NCBI RefSeq assembly: GCF_020745735.1
Contig: NC_083446.1
Coordinates: 5,704,001-5,768,000, forward strand
From: Hemiscyllium ocellatum
Taxonomy: Eukaryota
DNA: 64,000 nucleotides
Direction: 5' to 3'
In this document: piece by piece, positions 12,665-25,575 of the stretch
Position numbering within the stretch: position 1 is the stretch's first letter
Layout: each line of letters starts with the position of its first letter
Notes under the pieces: model-generated
Database searches by the model: none
Told to the model about the DNA's origin: nothing
Seen by the model: the letters and a program-made list of their open reading frames with translations, nothing else
Program-made: the position numbers and the translations under genes

Positions 12665-13382
12665 TACCTCAGGCAGGACTTGAAACAGCATTAATAGACA
12701 GAGGGATCTTGGGGTTCAATTCCATAGCTCTCTGAAAGTGGCCATGCAAGTGGATAGGATGGTAAAGAAGGCGTTTGGCATGCTTGCCTTTATTGGTCAG
12801 GGAATTGAGTACAAAATTCAGGATGTCATGTTATATAACTTTGGCTAGGCCATACTGAAAGTATTGTGTTCGATTCTGGTCGCCACACTAAAGGAAGGAT
12901 GTGGAGGTTTTGGAGTGGGTCAAAAGAGATTTACTAGGATGCTGCCTTGATTAGAGGATATGAGGTGTAAGAGAGGCTGGAAAAACTCAGGTTGTCTTCT
13001 CTGGAGGCTGAGGGGAGACTTGATAGAAGTCTATCAAATTATGAGATGCACAGATACAGGGTTGATGGTCAGAATCGTTTTCCCAGAGTTGAAATGTCTA
13101 ATACTGGGGAGCATGCACTTAAGGTGAGAGGGGGAAAGGTTCAAAGGAGATGTGAGGGGCAAGTTGTTTTTACACAGAGGGTGGAACGCACTGCCTGGGA
13201 TGGTGGTGAAGACAGATGCAATAGGGGTGTTTAGGGGACTTTAGATAAGCACATGAATAAGAAAGACATGGATGGGTATGGACCAAGGGCAGGCCGAAAG
13301 GATTAGTTTAATTTGCCATCATGTTGGGCACAACATCATTCGCCAAAGGGCCCGCTCCTGTGCTGTACTGTTACATGTTCTC
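12665..13382 (+). mobile_element. CR1 LINE 3' fragment
   Basis: Degenerate RDLGV...EYCV.FW...RMLP.L...; continues the fragment ending near 12375 across a V-SINE (12378-12662). Confidence 0.8.
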
Positions 13383-13444
13383 ACCTACTATCCCCTTCAC
13401 TGCCTGCATCCTTTATTATCCCACCTGAACTCAACCCATTCTCC

Positions 13445-13673
13445 GAGTAAAAAGTGAGGTCTGCAGATGCTGGAGATCAGAGCTGAAAATGTGTTGCTGG
13501 TTAAAGTGCAGCAGGTCAGGCAGCATCCAAGGAACAGGAAATTCGACGTTTCGGGCATAAGCTCTTCATCAGGAAGGGCTGATTCATTCCTGATGAAGGG
13601 CTTATGCCCGAAACGTCAAATTTCCTTGGATGCTGCCTGACTTGCTGCGCTTTAACCAGCAACACATTTTCAG
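13445..13673. mobile_element. Penelope-derived hairpin element (family A) with hammerhead cores on both strands
   Basis: Cores at 13541-13575 (-) and 13586-13622 (+); 15-bp TSD CTCAACCCATTCTCC. Confidence 0.85.
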
Positions 13674-14002
13674 CTCAACCCATTCTCCCCCTTACACTCC
13701 ACCCTCTTTATACCTCACTCAATCTAATCACATTCCCCCCATCATTCTGCAAACCTTTATATAATCGACTGTCTAATTCCATTCTGCTCCTTAGTAATTG
13801 TACTCTTTAATATTCGACTCAGTTTATCCCACTCTGCACCCCATCTCCTTTAACATCCCACACAATCTATTCCCACTGTCCCATCACCCGTTAATATTCC
13901 CAATTATTCTTACCTCTCTTTTCTCTTTAATGCCCCACCTTGTTGAATTCTACTTTTCCTGTAAAATGCACTTACTGTACTCCCCGTGGCTTTTGTGAGT
14001 AC

Positions 14003-14845
14003 AGGAGGAATGGTTAGTAAGTTTGCAGATGACACCGAAATTGGTGGTGTAGTGGATAGTGAAGAAGGTTATCTCAGAGGACCATCATCAGATGGAGGAG
14101 TGGCAGATTAAGTTTAATTTATATAAATGTGAGATGTTACATTTTGGTCAGGTAAATCAGGGCAGGAACTATACACTTAACGGTAGGGTCCTAGGAAGTG
14201 TTGCTGAGCAAAGAGACCTTGGAGTGCAGGTTCATAATTCCTTGCAGGTGGGGTCACAGGCAGACAGGGTACACTTGTCTTTATTGACCAGAGCATTGAG
14301 TATAGGAGTTGGGAGGTCATGTTGTGGCTGTACAGGATATTGATTAAGCCACTTTTGGAATACCACATTCATATCTGGTCTCCTTGCTATAAAAAAGATG
14401 TTGTGAAACTTGAAAGAGTGCAGCAAAGATTTACAAGGATGTTGCCAGGGTTAGAGGGTTTGAGCTATACAGAGAGGCTGAATAGGCTGGGGCGTCGGAG
14501 GCTGGGGGGGTTTATAAAAGCGCAAAGGGCATTGACAGGGTGAATAGTCAAGTCCAAAACTAGAGGGCATAGGTTTAAAGTGAGAGGGGAAAGATTTAAT
14601 AAGGATCTAAGGAGCATCTTGTTCATGCAGAGGGTGGTGTATGTACGGAATGAACTGCCAGAGGAAGTGGTGGAGGCTGGTATAATTACAACATGTCAAA
14701 GGCACCTGGATTGCGTATATGAATAGGAAGGGTTTAGAGGGATATGGACCAAATGCTGGCAAATGAGACTTGATTAAATTAGGATATCTGGTCGGCATGG
14801 ATGATTGGACTGTACAATCTGTTTCTGAGCTGTACGACTCTATGA
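14003..14845 (+). mobile_element. CR1 LINE 3' fragment
   Basis: Encodes SKFADDTKIGG (RT active site), WQIKFNLYKCEMLHFG and LERVQQRFTRMLPGL. Confidence 0.9.
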
Positions 14846-16130
14846 CAGAATTGCTATTGGAAACGGAGAATAGATTCTCCATGCACATCCCTTGACAGAC
14901 CGTTCATGTACAAAATCACTGTTTGCTCTTCTGTGGTTAGACATGAGGATTGAAGATGATAATAAAATGCAATTCCCTATCATTTTAACAGGTTCCCATT
15001 TTAACAATGGAGGTTCCTCCCCACTCCTGTGCATGCTGGTGCAGGCTCTGTCACCACTGGCACTGTCAACTGGCATCAACCATTTCACATCTTAAATAAA
15101 CATGTCTGAACCACCAGACCCTGCTGACTCTGCAACACTGAGGGAAGTGTCAGCCTTCATTTTCATCTCAGGTCCCTGGAGCAGGGTTTAAACCTGCAAC
15201 TTCCTTACTCAGAGAGAGTAAAGGCAGTCATGACCAACACCAAGTTCAGATCTTTGGGATGGGGACAATTCCAACAGATAAGATCAGTGTGTTAAAAAGG
15301 CAGTAGAAGACAAAGGTGGTTTGAGTTTGAGAGTCACAGAATTCTTACAGAGCAGGAGGAAGCCATTTGGACTATTGTGACTGAGCCAGCTCCTTCAAAG
15401 AGCAATTCTTCTGGTGCCATTTTCATGAGTTCTCCCCATAAACCTGGCCATTGATCCTTTGCGAATAACCATCTAATTCCCTTTTGAATCCCTCAATTGA
15501 ATCTACTTCAATCACACTGTCAGACAGCACATTCCAGATCCAACCACTCAGTTTGGTGAGGGTTTTCCTCACCCTGCTTTTGCTGATGTACTCAAAATCT
15601 ATGCCGTTTCATCTACCATCCTGTCAGGGGTGTTCATTGTCTACGTTTTTATTCTGACAAGACAGGTCCTGATCCGATCCAATCGCCTCTCAGCTTTCTC
15701 TTTGCCAATGAGAATGCTCTCAGATTTGTCAACCAATCTTCATTATTATGATTCCTCACCTCGGAATTATTCTCATAAATCACTGTGCACTCTCTCCAAT
15801 ATCTTCATATCTTTCTTAAGAAGCAACACCCAGAACTACATGCAATACTCCTTACACAAGTTCATCATAACCTTCTTCCTCATATTCTTATGCCCTACAA
15901 TGAAATCTGTGATACAAATTAAATTACAAAGCAAGTGGTAAGTGTGGATGCAATTACAAGATTTAAAAATCAGCTGGATGTGTACGCGAATAGGAAAGGT
16001 GAGAGATATGGGCCAGGAACATGCAAATGGGACTGGTTTAGTTTGGGATTATGGTTGGCATGGACCAGTTGTGTTTTCAAGCTGTATAACTCTATAACTT
16101 TTGCACACATACAAACTACACTAAATATAT

Positions 16131-18320
16131 ACTTTGCACCTGCTTTTACCAAAGAGGAAGATGTTACCCACGGCAAATTCAAGAGACAAGTTTAAAACTG
16201 CTAAGGAAAATATATTGGATAGATTGTCCCTAATTGTCGAAAAAGCATCAGGACCAGAGGGGATGCAATCAAGGTTAGAAAAGGAAGTGACAATGGAAAT
16301 TGCATAGGTGCTGGCAATATTTTTTTCAGACTTCCTTAGACCCTGGGATAGCATTAGAGAAATGGAGAATTACAAAGATTCAAAAAAGCATGCTAGGTTA
16401 GCCCAAGCCATTACAGACTAGTCAGTTTAACATTGTTAGTTGGGAAACCTCTAATAGTGAAAGCTCAAAACAAAATTGTCAGTTGTGTGGATGAACATGG
16501 GTTAATTAAGGAGCACCAGCATGGAATCATTTGAGCATTGCTTTGTTAAAGCTTTTTGCCTTGCCCCTCAGGCCAACTTTAAATAATATCTGCTTAGAGA
16601 TCCAAAGGTGTGCAGACGAGTGGATTAGCCATGGGAAATGCAACGTTATAGGTTGGGGGGGGGGGCGGTTTGGGTGGGAAGTTCTTTGGAGGGGTAGTGT
16701 GGATTCAAAAGGGTCTGTTTTCAGACCGTAGAGATTCTATGAGGGCAAATAACATTTAAACTGTAATAGGAAGGTGCTGATTAGTTGGAAAGTGGACTCT
16801 GGTAGAGTCTCTCTGTTCCTAATTTCTCTTTCATTATACCCTATGTTATAAGCTGTCCCCATGTTCTTCCTTGTAAAATGCATCACCTCACACTTCACTG
16901 CATTGAGCATCTGCCATTCTTCACCTCCACCATCTTACCTGTCTATATTACCCTCCTCAGTTTACAATGCTTCTCAGTTTCATACCATCCACAAATTTCG
17001 AAATTATTCCCTATTCTCCTAGGTCTGATGCAGATCACTATATCAAGGGTCCAAACACTGATCCTCCAAACCTAACCCCATTCCAAACAAAAATCCATAA
17101 CATGTTATCCTTTCCTGTTCCTCAGCCAATGTGTATCCACGTTGCTACTATCTTTTTATTGCATGATCTCAAGCCTTCCTCTCAAGTCTGCTTATGTCAC
17201 TGTATTAACTGCCTCTGGACATCCAAATATCCAGATCAACGGCACTGTCCTAACCAAATCTGTTACCTGTGAGAAAAAGTTCTAGTTAATCAGTTAAAGA
17301 TGATTCTACCTGAAGAAATCCACACTGATAGTCATTTAGTAGTACAGTGCTAGTATTCTTTTAAAAAAAAGACATATTCCGTTTTCTCTTGCACTTATCA
17401 GGATTATCAGTAAGTCTCAGTGTGTGGTGCTTTTGCATGTCCTGGAAGCCAGCTGTGTTAATGCCTTAGGCTCTGCTTTTTGTAGACAGAAAGAACACAC
17501 TGCACCTATTTCAACTCCAAACAAAATATGTGACAGGATTTCTCTGGGGATACCTTGACCAGTCAACTGCCTGGTTCAATCTTAAGCAAAGCTTGGCAGT
17601 TAACTATCAATCATCGTGAAACTCCTGCATTCTTCATGGTAAAAACTCTACCAGAGTCCACTTTCCAATAATCAGCCCCTTCCTTTTACAGTTTAAATGT
17701 TATTTGCCCTCATAGAATCTCTATGGTCTGAAAACAGACTCTTGAATCCACACTCCCCCTCCAAAGAACTTCCCACCCAAACCCCGCCCCCCCCAACCTA
17801 TAACGTTGCATTTCCCATGGCTAATCCTCCTAGTCTGCACATCTTTCAGTCTCTGAATAGATATTATTTCAAATTGCCCTGAGGGGCAAGACAAAAAACT
17901 TTAACAAAGCAATGCTCAAATGATTCCATTTGAGCTCCTCAATTAACCCACGTTCAACCACATAACTGACAATTTTGTTTTGAGCTTTCACTATTAGAGG
18001 TTTCCCCAACTAACAATGTTAAACTGACTAGTCTGTAATGGTTTGGGCTAATCTAGCATGCTTTTTTGAACCTTTGTAATTCTCCATTTATCTAATACTG
18101 TCCCAGGGTCTAAGGAAGACTGAAAAGAAATATTGCCAGCACCTATGCAATTTCCATTGTCACTTGCCTTTCTAACCTTGGATGCATCTCCTGTGGTCCT
18201 GGTGCTTTTTCAACTGTTAAGGACAATCTATCCAATTTATTTTCCTTCGCAGTTTTAAACCTGCCTACTGAATTTTCCCCTGGGAAGCGTCTTCCTCTTT
18301 GGTAAAAGCAGGCGCAAAGT
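16131..18320. repeat. Local inverted duplication: arms 16131-16808 and 17645-18320
   Basis: Arms are reverse complements over about 680 bp with scattered mismatches and share the same CR1/SINE junctions. Confidence 0.9.
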
Positions 18321-18424
18321 CACTTCAACCACATCCTTGATATCCTCTCCCTAATCAGCTCCACTCTTTCACCACCCTTTCAGATATGTCCATAGAATGT
18401 TTTGAAATTCCATCAGTCTTATAT

Positions 18425-21359
18425 TGTTACAACACGGGGTAAACCCCCTCTTGTTAATTTTAAACCAGCAACACAGAAAAGATTTATCCCGTGCAGTAAT
18501 CTGTTAAAATTCAAGAGGCCAAGAACTATTTGAAGTAAAAACTAAAATTTATTTTTACTTAAAAGCCTAACAGAGAATAATTAGAACATTGAACATTACA
18601 GCACAGTACAGGTCTTTTGGCCCTCGATGCTGCGCCAACCTGTGAAATTAACCTGATGCCCATCTAACCTACATAGTTCCATTACTATCCATACGTATGT
18701 CCAATGCCCATTTAAATGCCCTTAATGTGGGCAAGTCTACAACTATTGCAGGCAGCCATCCCATGGCCCTACTACTCTCTGAGTAAATAAACTACCTGTG
18801 ATATCTGTCCTAAATCTATCACCCCTCAATTTAAAGCTATGTCCCCTTGTGGTAGCCTTCACCATCCCTATTTAACCCTCTGATTATCTTATATGTATCG
18901 GTTAAGTCACCTCCCAACCTTCTTTACTCCAACGAAATCAGCCCTCAGTTGCCTCAGCCTTTCCTCGTAAGACCTTCCTTCCATACCAGGCAACATCCTA
19001 GTAAATCTCCAATAAACCCTTTCCAAAGCTTCCACATCTTTCTTATAATGCAGTGACCAGAACTGTATGCAATACTCCAGGTGCTGCCATACCAGTGTCT
19101 TGTACAGCTGAAACAGGACCTCGTGGCTCCGAAATTCAATCACCCTACCAATAAACGCCAACACACCCTATGCCTTCTTAAGAACCCTATCAACCTAGGT
19201 GGAAACTTTCAAGGATTTATGTACCTGGACACCAAGTTCTCTCTGTTCATCTGCACTGCCAAGAATTTTACCATTAGCCCAGTACTCTGCATTGCTGTTA
19301 TTTCTTCTGAAGTGAACTACCTCACACTTCTCCACATTAAACTCCATTTGTCACTTCTCCATCCAGCTCTGCATCTTATGCATGTCCCTCTGTAACCCAC
19401 AACATCCTTCAGCACCATCTACAACTTGCCTCCCTTAGTGTCATCCGCAAATTTACCAACCCACCCTTCTACGCCCACATCCAGATCATTTATAAAAATG
19501 ACAAACAGCAGTGGCCCCAAAACAGATTCTTGCGGCATACCACTGGTAACTGAGCTCCAGGATAAACATTTCCCATCAACCACCCCGTCTTCTTTCAGTA
19601 GCCGATTTCTGTTCCAATTCGCTAAATTACTTTCAATGCCAAAACTTCATATTTTGTGTGATAGTCTACTGTGTGAAACCTTATTAAATGCCTTATTGAA
19701 GTCCATATACACTACATCAACTGCTTTACCTTTAACCACCTGTTTTGTCACCTTCTCAAAGAACTCAATAAGATTAGTTAGGCATGCCCTACCCTTCACA
19801 AAACCATGTTGACTATCTCTAAGCAAATTATTCCTTTCCAGATGATTATAAATCCTATCTCTTATAACCATTTCCAACACCTTACCTTCCAACCAAAGTA
19901 AGGCTCACTGGCCTATAATTACCAGGGTTGTCTCGACTCCCCTTCTTAAACAAGGGAACATTTGCTATCCTCCAGTCTTTTGGTACGGTCCTGTTGACAA
20001 TGATGACATAAAAATCAAGGCCAAAGGCTCTGCAATATCCTCCCTGGCTTCCCAGAGAATCCAAGGATAAATCCTATCCGGCCCAGGGGTTTTATCTATT
20101 TTCAGATCTCCCAAAACCTCCTCATTGTCAACCGCAATCCCACCTAAACTAGTAGCCTATATCTCTGTATTCTCACTAATATTGCCCTTTTCCAATGTGA
20201 ATACTGATGAAAAGTATTCTTTAAGCACTTGCTCTAGGTCCTCAGATTCACACACAACTTTCCACTGCTATCTTTGATTGGCCCTAATCCTACACTTGTC
20301 ATTCTTTTATTCCTGATATACCTATAAAAGGCCTTAGGGTTTCCCTTGATTATATCCGCCAACAACTTCTCATGTCCACTCCTAGCTCATCTTAGCCCTC
20401 TCTGTATAGCTTTTCTGGCTAACTTAAAACTCGGCTCAGTTCATTCCCCAGTACCAAATCCAATACGACATCACCCTTGTCTACATACTGTGTTAGAAAA
20501 CCCTCCTGCAAACGTTGAACAAAAACTTATCCATCTAAACTACTTGAACTATAGTATTCCCAGTCGATGTTGGGGAGATAACAACTGTTTGTTCTAGCTC
20601 TAAGATTCCACCCTAGCTCCCTGAATTTCTGCCTTAGATCTCCACTTTTCTTCCTAGCTATGTTATTGGTGCCTATATGGACTATGACTTGATAGTCAGG
20701 ACTTGCTCCCCCACCCCCTCAAGGATACCAAAAACATGATCAGAGACATCATGAACCTTGGCACGTCAGAGGCAACACACCAATTGTGAGTTTCTCGTTT
20801 AACTACCAACTATTTACAACTCCTCCCTCTAACCTATCTTTTACTTTCTCTTCTGTAATAGTAGTCCCACGAACTCCCAATTAAGATCTACCAAAAATTC
20901 AAATTTCAAAACCAGGCAGCAATCGAATCTTCTCTCTATCTTCCTCTAGAGATTTTCTTCTTCTTAGGGATTTCTCTTTCACAAGTCGTTGGTAGATAAA
21001 TGTACCTTTAAGAGACGCGTGTTTTGGGCAGTCTGTATACGCTGGTGGCTTGACAGTTCTCCTCTCAACTGTTCAATTTCCCCCCGGTCTTATATCCCCA
21101 AAGCATCGGATTGTCACTGGCTTTTAATAATGTCAATATACTACATTCAAACTCGATTTGAATTTGGATTATTTTGGAATATAATTTAAATTGATTGGCT
21201 TAATTCAAATTTGTTTTTGTCTCCAGGCAACCAGCTACTCTCGCCGCTGGACCAAAAGGTTACACTGTATCTTGATCAGAACACTTGGTGCTGTTAGGTA
21301 GTTCTGCTCGCTTTTAAAACTTTCTTAAAGGTACAGTGCACTTCTACACCTTCCTAACA
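18425..21359 (-). mobile_element. Solo LTR (TGTTA...TAACA, 4-bp TSD ATAT) split by a CR1 insertion
   Basis: ATAT|TGTTAC at 18421-18430 and CTAACA|ATAT at 21354-21363; orientation inferred from AATAAA near 18549. Confidence 0.65.
18583..20798 (-). mobile_element. CR1 LINE, about 2.2 kb with RT domain remnants
   Basis: PLFKKGSRDNPGNYRPVSLT, SQHGFVKGRACLTNLIEFFE, VDVVYMDFNKAF, HLEYCIQFWS. Confidence 0.92.
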
Positions 21360-22136
21360 ATATACTCTCGTTTTCTCATTTCTCCTGAATCTCCTATCTT
21401 CAGCTTGGCTCTCAACTGTACTTCTCAAATTCGACATATCATAAACACATTTTTTCTTTCTTTATAATTTCTACCTCTTATCACCCATGGGTTTATTTGC
21501 TCCGATTTTCCCTTTCAAGGAAACGTCTCTTGATTGAGAACAAATCGCTTTTAAGGTAGCCCACTTTTTAAGCTACCATCTTTGCTGTCCATCCTCAACT
21601 CCAATCATCCTCGTGAAGTTTGCTTTCTTTCAACTGATCATTCTTACCTGGCTTATTCATGATCCTTTTTCCATTGTCCTTAAATCTTGCAATAGTGACC
21701 ACCCCACCCCCCCCAAATGTTCCCTCACTAAAAATCAGTTTGGCTCAGGTCATTCCCAGGAACCAAATCTAACTGTGCCACCTCTAGCTAAAGACTTAAT
21801 GTCGGGTGGTCTCTTGAATGTACTGCAGGAACTATGCATCTGTCCCCAACACAACAATCACCCATATTTGAAGTACCTTCATTATAACTTTTAGACCTAA
21901 TGGACTTGTAGAATTGTTCCTCTGACAAAGTTGGTGGCTTATAGATTACACTAAGCAATGTAAATGCTTTGACTTAACGCTTGTTCTTAACCCTTCTGGG
22001 ATGTACTCTTTTCTAGAACTGCAATGCACTCTTAATTGATACTATGTCTTCTGAGGATGGAGGTGGATGATAGCACTGCTTGAAGAGTGAAAAAATCAAG
22101 TCAAGACAGACACGTGAAAAGATATTTCAGACTAAT

Positions 22137-22142
22137 TTTATT
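22137..22142 (-). terminator. Polyadenylation signal (AATAAA) of the RBM14-like gene
   Basis: AATAAA on the minus strand with a GT/T-rich tract downstream, at the end of the repeat-free block. Confidence 0.6.
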
Positions 22143-24012
22143 TAATTTTCACTACATGTTACGATACAAACAGCCCTCCCCATCCCTGTCCAACTCTAAT
22201 TTCAGACACTGGTTCTCTAGTGTAGGCAATTATGACAAACTAAATCATTATCATAGTGTAAGAAAATTAAACAAGCCTTATTTTAAATTGTGTAACATCA
22301 GATATGTAAACTCACCCCCCCACCCCCCCCATTCTTCTACTCTTCCACTCTCTCCTCCCACTCAACAGCCCACAGAAAACCCTAGTTTGCTGTTTCTCTT
22401 TCACCATTCACCCTCAGCCAAGACACCAGATCACTCTGGGTCTGTTCTTTGAGGTGGCAGTTCCCCATTGTCATTATCCAGAAGGTCATTTGTAACACCT
22501 CAGGTAAATTTAAGGTTCAGCTATAGGTGACATTGTGACTGAACCATATCCTCAATGCCAAAATAAAAGCACCCATTTCAAGAAATCTTCAGCTAGCCAT
22601 CAGACATTAAGTCCACAGGACCATGACACTGCCCAAGAGGAAATTCAGTCAATTGTCACCCATGTTGGCAGTGTTGCCATGGCAATCATAAGAAACACAC
22701 ATTCCCCAGTATACACACATACATACACACACACTCACTCTGCCTGGAAACATACATTCTGTCCTCATGCAGCCAATCCGAAAAGCCAAAGACTGGAAGT
22801 TACCCAGATGCCTGCAGTCTCCCCACCCTGTCTTCCTCTTCACACAAATCCGATGGTACCAATGACAGCATGCCCGTTGCTTTCAGTGGAGAAATTTAGC
22901 AGTGAGAATTTTTTTTTCTGGTGGGGGAAAAGGGGGATGCGGGATCAGTTACTCAGCAAAATTGGACCATTACCTGTAAAGCCAGCCGGTGAATTACAGG
23001 ACACGCACTCTGCCACCCTGCCTGTGAGCGGACTCGAGGCTGCAGAAGGATAAATCACTAAAATGAAAGAAAGCACAACCACGCAGGAGACGGCCTGTCT
23101 GCTCCTGTGCATCCCTTGGCAGCAAGAATCCCAGCAGTGTTGGCAAGGTGCAGGAATGCAGCATCTGTCTGAAACAGAGTGCCTGATACGCGGCTTTGAA
23201 TTGTGTGGTTGATGATTCACAGTGGTGGTATAGTTAATTAAGTGTGAAGATTATTTAAAGTGGGGGGGAGCCCATTCAGCTTTACAGCACAATCTCTGCA
23301 AGGCACCTGCAGCCACTGAGATTTACACCTTGAGGGCTAAGCGTTTGCAGAGGCAAGGAAAAGTGGCACAGCAACAGGAAAGTGCCTTGACTGAAGCTGC
23401 CTTCTTGTATGATCCACGATTCGGACACCAGGCCCTAACCAGAGCAGCTCCCCACGAGAGCAGCAGCCTGCTGTCAAATCACAAATGGTACTTGGAGATC
23501 ACAGGACTGAGTACAACAGCCATCAGTCCCTTAAGGGAAGGGAAAACAGCAGAACAGGCTCCCCACTTCTTTAAAAGGCAGTGTTGGGCTGGAAGAGCAT
23601 TAAGGGAAGGTGGCCTTCACCGTGGGAAGGGGAAATTGCACCTGTGTTTGGTAAGGATAGGACTTGCATAAAGGGAGGTTTGTTTCGTTTTGAAGGGGCC
23701 TAGGGAAAGGAGGGGAAAATGGTGACTGGGTGGGCTTGAAGAAAACCAAAACAAAACTGACAAGTAATCGCTGATCACAATCATCAGTGAGAAAGAGAGC
23801 GTTTAAGTGTGTTTACAGAACCTATGGATCACAAGGCAGGGCTCATCGATTGTATCTTTTTGTTTTTGAGAAAGAAATAAAATTTGTTTTTAAATGCCTC
23901 GGTGCTGTCATGCTGCGATCGCGGGGTCGTGTATTCGTCTCGAGAGAGCAAACTTCTGTTCGGAGAGCGGCGGCGGCGGAGGAGGAAGAGAAGGAAGGAG
24001 GATATCGTCGGT

Positions 24013-24064
24013 TCATTGGGCATAGCGGGTGTCGGTAGTATTATCGTAGTCAAACTGATCATAC
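24013..24064 (-). CDS. RBM14: RBM14/RBM4-family protein, last coding exon (RYDQFDYDNTTDTRYAQ*); total 290 aa
   Basis: Pyrimidine tract and ctctcatag| acceptor, phase 2 fits exon 2, TGA at 24015-24013, followed by about 1.9 kb of repeat-free 3' UTR. Confidence 0.7.
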
Positions 24065-25575
24065 CTATGAGAGAAAGCACATTATGTCAATACAGGGTTG
24101 GCCGGAAAGGAAAAGTTGCTCATGCATTCACCGAGGTTAGGGGGGGTATTTCCAGGCTGCCAGGGCTCCAAATGGTGGTGGTCAGGGATGGGGTTTTTAT
24201 TTTCACATGGGACATGTGGGGAGAAGCAGGACAGGGCTTTCATGCGTTAGTCTTAAAATGTGCCTTCCTGCCACAATGAAAGGATCAATTTTTTTTCCTC
24301 AGAAAAAGCAGAATAGGACATCTTGCCGTCCTTCTGCTCTCCCGTGCTGTGTGGGTTCAGACACCCAAAACAGGGAGCTTGCTGCACGTTAGCCAGTGAC
24401 CATGTCCTGCCAAGCTTCAAGCAACCACAGCCCAAAAGTATCTCATTGACTGTGATGTGGTCCAAAACCTCCTAAACTGTAAAATTTCAAGATTGCTTTG
24501 CTTTTTTATCCTTGTTGCCCAAGATGGCAAGTAATGATGAATAACTTGAATTTATGAATTACAATGGACTGATGGCAATATTACTGCAGAGTACTATTAA
24601 AATGTTTTGCAGTCTCACAGAATATAAAGAGCTGTGTAATGGTATGTTGGAGGCAATGGAAGTGGGGTCAAAATGTGACACATCAAGCCTACTTGGATGC
24701 AAGACAGAGATCATCGGGAGGCCGAGATGAATGTTTCACTGGCCAGTGGTCAGTCTCAGGCACAAGCCTGGGTACAAATTATCTGCCTACTCCCAAGTCT
24801 GCAAAGCCTCACTTGCCTCAGGGAGATTTTAAGGAAACAAGGAGAGGAATGCCGAAAGAACACACCCCAGAATTGTAACTGTGACACGTGTTGGGGGTAA
24901 AAAAAAAAGAGGGTTCTCAAAAGCGAGCAGTTTTGCAGCCTTCTGACTGGGTTGCATCTCGGAGAACACAAAGATGCAATGGTCAAGTGCAATTGTGAAA
25001 GGGTTTTGACACACCAGACTCTCCCCACCCCAGAAATCAGACAGAAAGAGACACTAACAAAAGTCTACTACCTAAATACTGGATCCATAAACTTCACACT
25101 AGCCCAGGAGGTGCCCAACTCTGCAGTAAATAGAAAGAGGCTCACTGACATTGCACACTTTCACCCTCCAAAGACCAAGGAAGCCATACCATTCATAATA
25201 TCAATTGCCAATGTCTCAGCGATAAATACTGTACCTTCCTTATAAGGTGGTGAAGCGATAGCATATAGCCACAGGGACCTCACGACATACACACACCCCT
25301 CCAAATCCCACCTCAGTATCTTGGAGTTGTAAAGCTAACACTTCTACAAATCGGGAAAGTGGGAGGTTTTTAAAAAAAAAGTAAATTCTCATGAGGCTAA
25401 CATTCAACAGCATTATGGTTTACTCAAGATAAGCCAAGAGTTTTAGAACGTTAAATTCTCATAAGATATGAGGTATTGCTGGCTGGCCAGCATTAATTGC
25501 ACATCCTTGTTGCCCCTTAAGGTGGTGGTTGTGAGCTACCTTCTTGAACTGCTGCAGTCCATAAATTGTAGGCAG

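Noticed and set aside
22535-23671. Plus-strand ORFs of 113-172 aa
   Set aside because: Antisense to the RBM14-like 3' UTR, non-ATG starts, no domain features.
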